Shown here: one piece after another, positions 8,344-16,243 of the stretch
How the letters are laid out: every line of letters begins with the position of its first letter
Numbering within the stretch: position 1 is the first letter of the stretch
Assembly (NCBI GenBank): GCA_019117085.1
Contig: DXAJ01000034.1
Location: 1 to 57,818 of the forward strand
DNA from: Candidatus Gallimonas gallistercoris
GTDB taxonomy: Bacteria > Bacillota > Clostridia > Christensenellales > Borkfalkiaceae
Length of the DNA stretch: 57,818 nt
Direction: 5' to 3'
Notes under the pieces: generated by a model
The model's input: only the letters and a program-made list of their open reading frames with translations
Database searches by the model: none
Told to the model about the DNA's origin: nothing
Translations under genes and position numbers: made by a program

Positions 8344-8414
8344 TGACTCCTTCCGCCGCGCGCCCGCTCTTGCGGGCGGCGCAGAGCCCTTTTGATAAAT
8401 TTATATGGGAGATA

Positions 8415-8443
8415 TTGACTTAGCGGGCAAAGTATGATAGACT
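8415..8443 (+). promoter_or_regulatory. Sigma-70-like promoter for the second LRR lipoprotein gene
   Basis: TTGACT, 17-nt spacer, TGaTAGACT (extended -10), about 45 nt upstream of ATG 8489. Confidence 0.5.
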
Positions 8444-8488
8444 GAAACTACGATGTGAACTGCATAGTGAATAAAAATATGGAGAACG

Positions 8489-9862
8489 ATGATGAAAAAA
8501 CACGGTATTGTATTGCTTGCGATGGCGGCCGCGGCCCTCGGTCTGGCTGCGTTCGCTGCCTGCGGGCTTGCCGCCTGCAACGATACGGGCGATACGCCCG
8601 GCGGGGATACGCCCGGCGGGAATGTACCCGGCGGGAATGCGGGGAACGAATACCTCGTCTTTGAAACGCTTGCCGACGGGAGCTTGCAGGTCTCTGCCGA
8701 CAGCGGCAAGGAGATGCCCGAAGAGATCGTCATCCCGAGCGAATACGAAGGAAAGCCCGTGACCGCCGTCAAAGCGCAGGGGTTTGCCCTGAACCGCGCA
8801 GAGGGTTTGGAGCGCGTCGTCATTCCCGAGGGCGTGAAGAGCATCGGCGAGAACGCCTTTTATAACCTCATTACACTCGAAAGCGCCGTGCTGCCCGATT
8901 CTCTCATAGAAATGGGCATGTATGCCTTTGCCGGCTGTACCGCCCTTCAAGACATCGAATTCGGGAGCGGACTCAGCATCATTCCCGTGGGCGCGTTCGG
9001 CGGCTGCGCGATCGCTTCCCTCACACTGCCCGAAACGGTGACGGACATCTACTTTGACGCCTTCCGCGGCTGCCGCGAGCTTACCGGCGTGACGCTGCCC
9101 GACAGCGTGACCTATCTCGGGAGCTCCGTCTTTGCAGAGTGCGAGGCGCTTACCGAGGTGACGCTGCCCAAAGGACTCACTTCCATCGAAAACGCGACGT
9201 TCAAAGACTGCGGATCGCTTACTAAAATCGAGATCCCCGCGGGCGTGAAGAGCATCGGCAGTTCTGCCTTCGAAGGGTGCGCGCTCAAAGAGGTCGTGCT
9301 GCCCGACGGGGTCGAACGCATCGGCGACCGGGCATTCTACTATTGCGATGAACTTGCTTCCGTCGTCTTCCCCGACTCGATCTCTGAAATGGGCATGGAC
9401 GTGCTTTTCAGCACCGCCTATTACGACAATGAGGCGAATTGGAAGGACGGCGTGCTGTTTGCGGGCTGCCATCTTCTGGACGCAGACCGCGTGACGGGCG
9501 AGGGCTATACCGTGCCCAAAGGCACGCGCACCATTGCGGGCGGCGCGTTTGACCTTTCGGGAAGCCTGAAAAAGGGCATCGTGCTCAACGAAGAACTTGT
9601 GTATCTCGGGCGCGAGGCGTTCAAAGGCTGCGCCTTTGAGGAGATCGCGATCCCTGAGAGCGTGACGACGATCGAAGCGGACGCCTTCTTCGGGTGCGAC
9701 GAGCTCGAACGGGTCGTATTCGAAGACCCCGAAAATTGGACGCGGTATATGACGCCCGAGGACGTGCGTGAGCCCGTCCCCGCTGCCGAGCTCGCCGACC
9801 CGACGGGAGCCGCCGTGCTTTTGAAGGATAGCTATCGCCTCTTTACGCTGGAAAAACAATGA
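8489..9862 (+). CDS. BspA-type leucine-rich-repeat surface lipoprotein
   Basis: Lipoprotein signal (LGLAAFAACGLAAC), a GDTPGG low-complexity linker, then about 12 LRR units (IP..V..IG..AF..C..L..V.LP). Confidence 0.85.
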   Translation: MMKKHGIVLLAMAAAALGLAAFAACGLAACNDTGDTPGGDTPGGNVPGGNAGNEYLVFETLADGSLQVSADSGKEMPEEIVIPSEYEGKPVTAVKAQGFALNRAEGLERVVIPEGVKSIGENAFYNLITLESAVLPDSLIEMGMYAFAGCTALQDIEFGSGLSIIPVGAFGGCAIASLTLPETVTDIYFDAFRGCRELTGVTLPDSVTYLGSSVFAECEALTEVTLPKGLTSIENATFKDCGSLTKIEIPAGVKSIGSSAFEGCALKEVVLPDGVERIGDRAFYYCDELASVVFPDSISEMGMDVLFSTAYYDNEANWKDGVLFAGCHLLDADRVTGEGYTVPKGTRTIAGGAFDLSGSLKKGIVLNEELVYLGREAFKGCAFEEIAIPESVTTIEADAFFGCDELERVVFEDPENWTRYMTPEDVREPVPAAELADPTGAAVLLKDSYRLFTLEKQ

Positions 9863-9882
9863 CTGCTTTGGGATAGAAATGC

Positions 9883-9918
9883 GCGGCGGCGACCCTCGGG
9901 TCGCCGCCGCTTCTTTAT
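9883..9918 (+). terminator. Intrinsic terminator of the LRR gene
   Basis: GCGGCGGCGACCC / GGGTCGCCGCCGC stem followed by TTCTTTAT. Confidence 0.7.
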
Positions 9919-9929
9919 GGATCAGATGA

Positions 9930-10262
9930 CGCCTCACATTTGTTCTCTGCCCTCCCTGTGTAAGGGAGGGTGCCGAGCGAAGTGAGGCGGGAGGGTTGTA
10001 AAGGTCTGTTTTATGCTTGCACAACAACCCCTTCGTCAGGCTCGTCCCTCGCCTGCCACCGTCTCGCGCTGTAGAGACCGCGCTCGGTCAGGAAACGGCG
10101 CGCACAATGCGCCGTTTCCAAGTTCGCGGGCGGTCAAAGCCACACCGTGGCTTTGACAAGAAAGCGCCTGCCGCCTCCCCAACCCCACCCCAAAAAATAC
10201 TGCGTCTTTTTTTGGGGACCCCGTGGAGGCTAAAATAAGGAAAAGCCTCTCCGGAGGGAGAG
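9930..10262. repeat. Mosaic of dispersed hairpin modules, including the conserved ~145-bp multi-hairpin block at 10096-10240
   Basis: Contains CCCTCCCTGTGTAAGGGAGGG (the reverse orientation of the CCTCCCCTTACACAGGGGAGG module), CGTCTCGCGCTGTAGAGACCGCGC, and a block about 88% identical to 30163-30309. Confidence 0.85.
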
Positions 10263-10271
10263 GCCGTAAAG

Positions 10272-11759
10272 CTATTTCGTTTTGTTTTCTCTGCCGTTGG
10301 GGAGCGGGAAGTCCACCCAGAAGCAGCTGCCCTTCCCCACTTCCGACTTGACGCCGAAGCGGATGCCGTACTTTACGAGGATGCTCTTGACGATGGAGAG
10401 CCCCAGACCCGTGCCGCGCTTCAAACGCTTGTGCGCCTCGGTGGAGCGATAGTAGCGATCCCAAATGGTGTCGAGCTCCTCTTTGGGGATGCCCTTGCCC
10501 GTATCGATGACTTCGAAGTGCGAGCAGTCTTTGCCTGCCTTTAAGCGCACCAAAATGCTCTTATCCGCGCCCGTGTAGCTGATGGCGTTGCCGATGAGGT
10601 TATAGAGGACCTGCTCCACCCTGCCGCGCGCCGCGAAGGTGTAAAGATCGTCGTCGATGTCGGTATGGATGGTATAGCCTTCCGTTTCGACGTAGAAATC
10701 GAAGCGGTTCGTGACGGCGTAGACGTCCTCCGAGAGGTTGAAGACGGAAAATTCTTCCTTCTCGATGCCCGCCTGCAATTTGGAAAGATCGAGCACGTCC
10801 CCCACGAGGGCGGCGAGACGGTCGGCTTCGTCGATGATGACCTGCGCGTGCTTATCGCGCTTTGTCTTGTCGTCGCCCGAAATTTCGCGGATCATGGAGG
10901 CGTATGCCTTGATCATGGTGAGCGGTGTCTTGAAATCGTGCGAGACGTTGGCGATGAGCTCCTTCTGCATCTTGTCCGCTTTGGAAATTTCCGCGCTCGC
11001 ATGGCTCAGCGATTCGGAGAGCTCCTTGACTTCGAGGCAGGCGTATGTTTCGCTTTCGAAGTTGACTTCGTAGTTGCCGCGGGCGAGCTCCTTCGCCTTT
11101 TCGGCGACCTCGCTGATGGGCTTGGTGATGACCATGGAGACGAGCCCGCTGACGACGAACGCAAGCGCCACCGCAAAGAGGCCCGTGATGAGGGAGAGCC
11201 AGCCCATCTCGTTCATCACGCGCGTGACGTGCTCGGTGGAGCTGCTCAGATACAGGTACCACTCCCCGCCCGCAAGCGAGATACGCCTTGCATGGGCATA
11301 ACTGCCGTCGCCCGTATCGTAAGGAGACACAAGATCGCCCTCGCCGAGACGGGAGCGCACTTCTTCGTAGATGGCGGCGTATTCCTCCTGCTCTTCCACG
11401 GGGTACTCGGGGAAAACGAACCTGCCGTCCGCCGTAAAGAGATAGACGCTCACGTTGTAGCGGTTGGCAATGGCAAGCAGCCGCCGCGAAAGATCGGTAT
11501 CGGGATCGAAGAAGCCGGGATCGAGAGCGCCGAAATCGATAGCGTAGCGCACGATCTCATCGCCCGCATCGCGCAAAGAGCGCTCCGTCTGATCGCGGTA
11601 CTGATACTTGATCTGCACGTTCTGCACGACGGCGAAAAAGGCGATGACGACGATGGTGAACACGGAAAAACTCACCCAAAGGATGAGATTGAGGTTGAAG
11701 CTCCTGGGCTGAAATTTTTTATGCGGCTTTCGCGTTTTTTGCACCGAAAAAGCGGGCAT
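10272..11759 (-). CDS. Sensor histidine kinase (2 TM, extracytoplasmic domain, HAMP, HisKA, HATPase)
   Basis: H-box ELIANVSHDFKTPLT, N-box LYNLIGNAISYT, G-box IDTGKGIP...GTGLGLSIVK. Confidence 0.9.
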   Translation of the reverse strand: MPAFSVQKTRKPHKKFQPRSFNLNLILWVSFSVFTIVVIAFFAVVQNVQIKYQYRDQTERSLRDAGDEIVRYAIDFGALDPGFFDPDTDLSRRLLAIANRYNVSVYLFTADGRFVFPEYPVEEQEEYAAIYEEVRSRLGEGDLVSPYDTGDGSYAHARRISLAGGEWYLYLSSSTEHVTRVMNEMGWLSLITGLFAVALAFVVSGLVSMVITKPISEVAEKAKELARGNYEVNFESETYACLEVKELSESLSHASAEISKADKMQKELIANVSHDFKTPLTMIKAYASMIREISGDDKTKRDKHAQVIIDEADRLAALVGDVLDLSKLQAGIEKEEFSVFNLSEDVYAVTNRFDFYVETEGYTIHTDIDDDLYTFAARGRVEQVLYNLIGNAISYTGADKSILVRLKAGKDCSHFEVIDTGKGIPKEELDTIWDRYYRSTEAHKRLKRGTGLGLSIVKSILVKYGIRFGVKSEVGKGSCFWVDFPLPNGRENKTK

Positions 11760-11761
11760 GG

Positions 11762-12430
11762 TTACGCCTCGAATTTATATCCCAATCCCCGCAGGGTGAC
11801 GATGAATTTGCGGTATTCTTTGAGGTTGCCGCGCAACATCTTGACGTGGGTGTCGACCGTGCGGTCGTCGCCGTAAAAATCGTACCCCCACACCTGGTTC
11901 AAAAGCCGCTCGCGCGTGAGCGCCACGCCGCGGTTTTCCACGAAGTAAAAGAGAAGTTCATATTCTTTGGGCGTGAGTTCGGCGCGCTCGCCGTCCACAT
12001 AGACGTTGCGCCCCACCATGTCTATTTTGAGCCCTTCGAATTCATAAACGTCGCGCTTGGGTGCGGCGGCGCCCTGCGAACGGTTGATGACCGCGTGGAT
12101 GCGCGCCATCACTTCCTTGGGGGAGAAGGGCTTCGTCACATAGTCGTCGGAGCCGATCTCAAAGCCGAAGAGCTTATCGTACTCCTCGCCGCGCGCCGAG
12201 AGCATGATGACGGGGGTATTCTTGAACTTTCTGATCTCCTTGACGGCAGAAAAACCGTCGAGCTTGGGCATCATGACGTCCATCAGAATGATGTCGTAAT
12301 CGTTTTCGCGCGCTTTTTTGACCGCTTCCATGCCGTCCTGCGCTTCGTCCGCTTCGCCGCCTTCGAATTCGATGTACTCCCGAAGCACTGCGCGGATCAT
12401 CTCCTCGTCGTCTACGATCAAAACTTTCAT
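11762..12430 (-). CDS. OmpR-family response regulator
   Basis: Receiver domain (DD...D..MPKLDG...K) plus winged-helix C-terminus (LTPKEYELL...RTVDTHV..LR.K). Its stop lies 2 nt before the kinase start. Confidence 0.92.
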   Translation of the reverse strand: MKVLIVDDEEMIRAVLREYIEFEGGEADEAQDGMEAVKKARENDYDIILMDVMMPKLDGFSAVKEIRKFKNTPVIMLSARGEEYDKLFGFEIGSDDYVTKPFSPKEVMARIHAVINRSQGAAAPKRDVYEFEGLKIDMVGRNVYVDGERAELTPKEYELLFYFVENRGVALTRERLLNQVWGYDFYGDDRTVDTHVKMLRGNLKEYRKFIVTLRGLGYKFEA

Positions 12431-12604
12431 CTTCTGCCTCCTCTCGCTGCGTTTCCCTTATTTTATACCCGCGTGATAAAGAGAACTTCATCGCAGGGTG
12501 AATTTTTCGTGAAATGTTCACATATTGGACGTTGTTTTTTGTTATTATAGCATATCCTGCGACGATTGGCAAGGGTCGAGAACAAAATTTTATCGAACAT
12601 TTGT

Positions 12605-12633
12605 TTGACAATAGGCAGGCGACGTGCTATAAT
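12605..12633 (+). promoter_or_regulatory. Perfect consensus sigma-70 promoter: TTGACA, 17-nt spacer, TATAAT
   Basis: TTGACA at 12605-12610 and TATAAT at 12628-12633. The radical-SAM ATG (12640) lies 7 nt after the -10, at the expected transcription start. Confidence 0.6.
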
Positions 12634-12639
12634 GAAGGC

Positions 12640-13989
12640 ATGATCTCGGAGGAAAAGCTGAAAATTCTGACGGAGAGCGCAAAGTACGACGTTTCGTGCT
12701 CCTCTTCGGGAAGCGGCAGAAAGAACGGCGGCGGCATGGGAAACGCGGCGCCCGCGGGGTGCTGCCATTCCTTCACGCCCGACGGGAGATGCATCTCGCT
12801 GTTGAAAATTTTGCTCTCCAACCGCTGCATCTATTCCTGCCGCTACTGCCCCAACCGCGCGGACGTCGACGTGCCGCGCGCTTCGGCGACGCCCGAAGAG
12901 ATCGCCGAACTGACCCTCGACTTTTACAAGCGCAACTATATCGAAGGGCTGTTCCTCTCCTCCGCCGTGGAAAAGACGCCCGACTTTACGATGGAGCGGC
13001 TGCTTGCCACCGTAAAGCTGCTGCGCACGAAATACCGCTTTCACGGATATATCCACTTGAAAGGCATCCCGCGGGCGGATGCGGGGCTCGTTTCGGAGGC
13101 CGCGAAATACGCCGACCGCATGAGCTATAATCTGGAGCTCCCCACCGAGGCGAGTTTGAAACTTTTGGCGCCGCAGAAATCGACGGAGAGTTTGCTCTCC
13201 CCCATGCGGCAGCTCGTGAAGGAGAAGGCGGAGTTCAAAGAAGAACACAAGAAGGGGCATTTTTTGCCCGCGGGGCAGACGACGCAGCTTATCGTGGGCG
13301 CGAGCCCCGAGCCCGACAGCCGCATCGTGCGGCTTTCCGAGGCGCTCTATCAAAAGATGGGGCTCAAACGCGTGTACTATTCTTCCTATGTGCCCGTCGT
13401 GCAGGACAGTCTGCTGCCGACGCTCCCCGTGGGACAGCTGCGGGAGCACCGCCTCTATCAGGCGGACTGGCTGCTCCGCTTTTACGGCTTTACGGCGGAG
13501 GAGATCGCGCCCGAGGGGGAAAACCTGCCCCTCGAATACGACCCGAAGTGCGCGTGGGCGCTGAGGAACCCGCAGTGTTTCCCCGTGGAAGTGAATACCG
13601 CGCCCCTCGAGATGCTGCTGCGTGTGCCGGGCATCGGCGGCAGAGGGGCGTATAAGATCACCGAGGCAAGGCGGTATGCGGCGCTCGATTTTAGCGACCT
13701 GAAGCGGATGCGCATCGTTTTAAAACGGGCGAAGCACTTCATCACCTGCAAAGGAAAGTATTTGGGCGCCAAGGATGAGCGCGCCGTGAAGGGACTGCTC
13801 GCGCTGGGCGCAAGGCAGGACGAGGCGCGGCAGCTGAGTTTGTTCGACGAGCCCGAACGCTGGGGCTCGGGCGGCGCGGGCGCGGCGGGCATGTTGAGCG
13901 GCGCGGGCGAAGGGCGGACGCTCTCCCCTGCCGTGCAGCTTTTGGGCACGCGGGAGACGGCGCTTGCCGCGCTGACGGGAGAACTGTGA
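12640..13989 (+). CDS. Putative DNA modification/repair radical SAM protein (TIGR03916-like)
   Basis: N-terminus KLKILTESAKYDVSCSSSG, radical-SAM cluster motif CIYSCRYCPNR, RNYIEGLFLSS, and a C-terminal HhH-like region. Start moved to MISEEKL. Confidence 0.8.
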   Translation: MISEEKLKILTESAKYDVSCSSSGSGRKNGGGMGNAAPAGCCHSFTPDGRCISLLKILLSNRCIYSCRYCPNRADVDVPRASATPEEIAELTLDFYKRNYIEGLFLSSAVEKTPDFTMERLLATVKLLRTKYRFHGYIHLKGIPRADAGLVSEAAKYADRMSYNLELPTEASLKLLAPQKSTESLLSPMRQLVKEKAEFKEEHKKGHFLPAGQTTQLIVGASPEPDSRIVRLSEALYQKMGLKRVYYSSYVPVVQDSLLPTLPVGQLREHRLYQADWLLRFYGFTAEEIAPEGENLPLEYDPKCAWALRNPQCFPVEVNTAPLEMLLRVPGIGGRGAYKITEARRYAALDFSDLKRMRIVLKRAKHFITCKGKYLGAKDERAVKGLLALGARQDEARQLSLFDEPERWGSGGAGAAGMLSGAGEGRTLSPAVQLLGTRETALAALTGEL

Positions 13990-13993
13990 GGCT

Positions 13994-14707
13994 ATGATCT
14001 ATCTGACAGAGGAAACGAGGGACGGGGTTTTGACGGCGCTGCTTGCCGCGTGGGGCGACGAAGAAGCCCTGCTCCTGCCCAAAGACGAGCGCCCGTTGGG
14101 GCCGTGCGTGGAAGTTGTGCCCGACCCGCAAAAGGCGAGAAGAGCACTCTGCCGCTTTCAAGAGCTCGACGGCGGGTGCGTGCGCGAGATAGACCGCCTT
14201 CTGCGCTGCGGGGGCGAGGGGCACATGCAGACCGCCTTCCGCTATCTGCTGCTCATTGCAAAGCGGGGCGGGCCTGTGCGCGGGATGCTCTCTCACCCCG
14301 ATGTACTCAAAGCGGAACAGGCGCTAAGGCGCGTTGCTCACGAGATCGACCGCATGAAGGGGTTCGTGCGCTTTCGGGAAAGTGCGAGCGGCGCGCTGTA
14401 CGCTCCCCTTTCGCCCGACAACGACATCGTGGACATTTTGGCACGGCACTTTTCAAAGCGGCTGCCCGAATATCCCTTCGTTCTTCACGACGTCAAGCGA
14501 CAAAAAGCAGCCGTGTGGGACGGGGCGCACCTCTTCCTTGCGCCCTTGAAACAAGCCGAAGTGATGCTCTCCGCCGACGAGGAGGGTTGGCAGAAGCTGT
14601 GGAAGACGTATTTTTCCGCCGTCAACATCCCTTCGCGCGAGCGCATCAAACAGCAGAACGGATATCTTCCCAAGCGGTACCGAAAATTCATGACGGAATT
14701 CGAATGA
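13994..14707 (+). CDS. DUF4130 / TIGR03915-like 'probable DNA metabolism protein' (partner of the radical SAM protein; no fused UDG domain)
   Basis: 237 aa, starting 4 nt after the radical SAM gene. Characteristic KGFVRF...Y.P....DI..IL..HF..R....PF.L.D, ending LPKRYRKFMTEF. Confidence 0.7.
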   Translation: MIYLTEETRDGVLTALLAAWGDEEALLLPKDERPLGPCVEVVPDPQKARRALCRFQELDGGCVREIDRLLRCGGEGHMQTAFRYLLLIAKRGGPVRGMLSHPDVLKAEQALRRVAHEIDRMKGFVRFRESASGALYAPLSPDNDIVDILARHFSKRLPEYPFVLHDVKRQKAAVWDGAHLFLAPLKQAEVMLSADEEGWQKLWKTYFSAVNIPSRERIKQQNGYLPKRYRKFMTEFE

Positions 14708-14735
14708 ACGCTCCTTCTCGGGGCGTTTATTTTTT
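14707..14735 (+). terminator. Intrinsic terminator
   Basis: AACGCTCC-ttct-cGGGGCGTT stem followed by TATTTTTT. Confidence 0.55.
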
Positions 14736-14824
14736 ATGCAAGTAAAACAATGGGCGGCGGCGTGTTTTGCTTGCCACGGAGCGCAAAGTGTGCTATCCTC
14801 ATACAAAAATCTTTACAAGGTGAT

Positions 14825-15856
14825 ATGATGACCGACGAAAGCACGTTCAAGCGCTTGCTTGCCAACAAGGAGCGCATCCCCGACCCCATGCGTTACAAGA
14901 AGACGATGCACTACCGCCGCGCGGGAAAGAGCGGGCTCAAACTTCCCGAACTTTCCTTGGGGCTTTGGCACAATTTCGGTTCCTTCGACAACTTCGAAAA
15001 CATGCGCGATATGATCTTTACCGCCTTCGACAACGGGATCACGCACTTCGACCTTGCCAACAACTACGGCCCGAGGAACGGCTCTGCCGAGGAAAACTTC
15101 GGCAAGATCCTGCACGAACAGCTCTCTTCCTACCGTGATGAGATGGTCGTTTCGACCAAGGCGGGCTTCCCCATGTGGAAGGGCCCCTACGGCGACGGCG
15201 GCAGCAAGAAGTACCTGACGGCGGCGCTCGATCAGAGTTTAAAACGCCTCGGGCTTGCGTATGTGGATATCTTCTACCACCACCGCCCCGCGCCCGAGAC
15301 GCCCGTTGAGGAGACGTGCTATGCCCTCCACCGCCTGGTGGAACAGGGCAAGGCGCTGTATATCGGCATCTCCAACTACGACCGCGTGCAGACGGAGGAA
15401 GCGCTCAAGATCTTCCGCGAGCTCAAGACCCCCTTCATCCTCAACCAGTCGTGCTATAACCTTCTCGATCGGCGCGTCGAAGAGAACGGGCTTTTAGACT
15501 GTGCGAAGGAGAACGGCTTCGGGCTCATCGTCTATTCGCCGCTCGCACAGGGGCTCCTCACCGACCGCTACCGCTACGGCATCCCCGCAGACAGCCGCAT
15601 CAAGAAGAGCTTTACCTTGAAAGAAGAGCGCCTCACCCCCACCTTGCAGCGCCAGCTCGACGGGCTGCGCGACATTGCCGAAGAGCGCGGCGAAACGCTG
15701 CCCGAGCTCGCCCTTTCGTGGGTGCTCAAAGATGAGACGGTCTCTTCCGTCATCATCGGCGCAAGCTCTTCGGCGCAGATCATGGACAATCTGAAGATAA
15801 ACCCTGCCTTCACGCAGGAAGAGCTCGACGCGATCGAACGCGTGCTGCATTCGTGA
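14825..15856 (+). CDS. Aldo/keto reductase, YghZ/Gpr-like (L-glyceraldehyde-3-phosphate reductase family)
   Basis: YRRAGKSGLKLPELSLGLWHNFG...GITHFDLANNYGP..GSAEENFG...DEMVVSTKAG...GGSKKYL...SLKRLGL.YVDIFYHHR is colinear with E. coli YghZ. Start moved to MMTDE (14825). Confidence 0.9.
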   Translation: MMTDESTFKRLLANKERIPDPMRYKKTMHYRRAGKSGLKLPELSLGLWHNFGSFDNFENMRDMIFTAFDNGITHFDLANNYGPRNGSAEENFGKILHEQLSSYRDEMVVSTKAGFPMWKGPYGDGGSKKYLTAALDQSLKRLGLAYVDIFYHHRPAPETPVEETCYALHRLVEQGKALYIGISNYDRVQTEEALKIFRELKTPFILNQSCYNLLDRRVEENGLLDCAKENGFGLIVYSPLAQGLLTDRYRYGIPADSRIKKSFTLKEERLTPTLQRQLDGLRDIAEERGETLPELALSWVLKDETVSSVIIGASSSAQIMDNLKINPAFTQEELDAIERVLHS

Positions 15857-15895
15857 GGCTTGGGGCTTGCCGAAGTCGATTTCATGGGAGACTTT

Positions 15896-15971
15896 TTACT
15901 CCCTCAGTCATGCCACCGCAGTAAACTGCGGATGACATGACAGCTCCCTCAAGAAGGCGCTTATAATAAGG
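15896..15971 (+). repeat. Module-A hairpin repeat copy
   Basis: TTACTCCCTCA + GTCATGCCACCGCAG-taaa-CTGCGG(A)TGACATGAC + AGCTCCCTCAAGAAGGCGCTTATAAT. Confidence 0.8.
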
Positions 15972-15979
15972 TAATGAAA

Positions 15980-16017
15980 ACGTCCGTCCCTCGGAACGAG
16001 GGGCGGACGCTTTTTTT
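15980..16017 (+). terminator. Intrinsic terminator (probably serving the aldo/keto reductase transcript)
   Basis: CGTCCGTCCCTCG-gaa-CGAGGGGCGGACG 13-bp stem followed by CTTTTTTT. Confidence 0.75.
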
Positions 16018-16027
16018 CGTCGGTAAT

Positions 16028-16180
16028 TCAGTTTTCCGATTCGTAGTGGCAGTTCGAATACTGCGTGGGCGGCATCGTCTCGCCTTCGCCGACGTAGACG
16101 GTGTTCACCACCCTGCCTTCTTCGTTGACTACCTTGTAGGACCCCGTCTTAGGACAGGTATCGCCGCAATTCAATCTCAT
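16028..16180 (-). CDS. Small (50 aa) YjzC-like protein; absent from the ORF track because it is under 60 aa
   Basis: ATG 16180 preceded by GGAGGT at 6-nt spacing. MRLNCGDTCPKTGSYKVVNEEGRVVNTVYVGEGETMPPTQYSNCHYESEN shows the pattern G..P.TG.Y......G......V.V..GE..PPT. Confidence 0.45.
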   Translation of the reverse strand: MRLNCGDTCPKTGSYKVVNEEGRVVNTVYVGEGETMPPTQYSNCHYESEN

Positions 16181-16243
16181 TTGGTTACCTCCGATACTGC
16201 TATCTTGTGCAGACGGAAGAAAATGATACGCGGGAAGAAAATT

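Noticed and set aside
413-15971. Module-A bulged hairpins as integron attC sites
   Set aside because: The extrahelical base is reminiscent of attC. However, there is no intI integrase, no attI, and no unidirectional promoterless cassette array. The flanks do not match the RYYYAAC/GTTRRRY core sites, and the flanking genes are ordinary housekeeping genes in mixed orientation.
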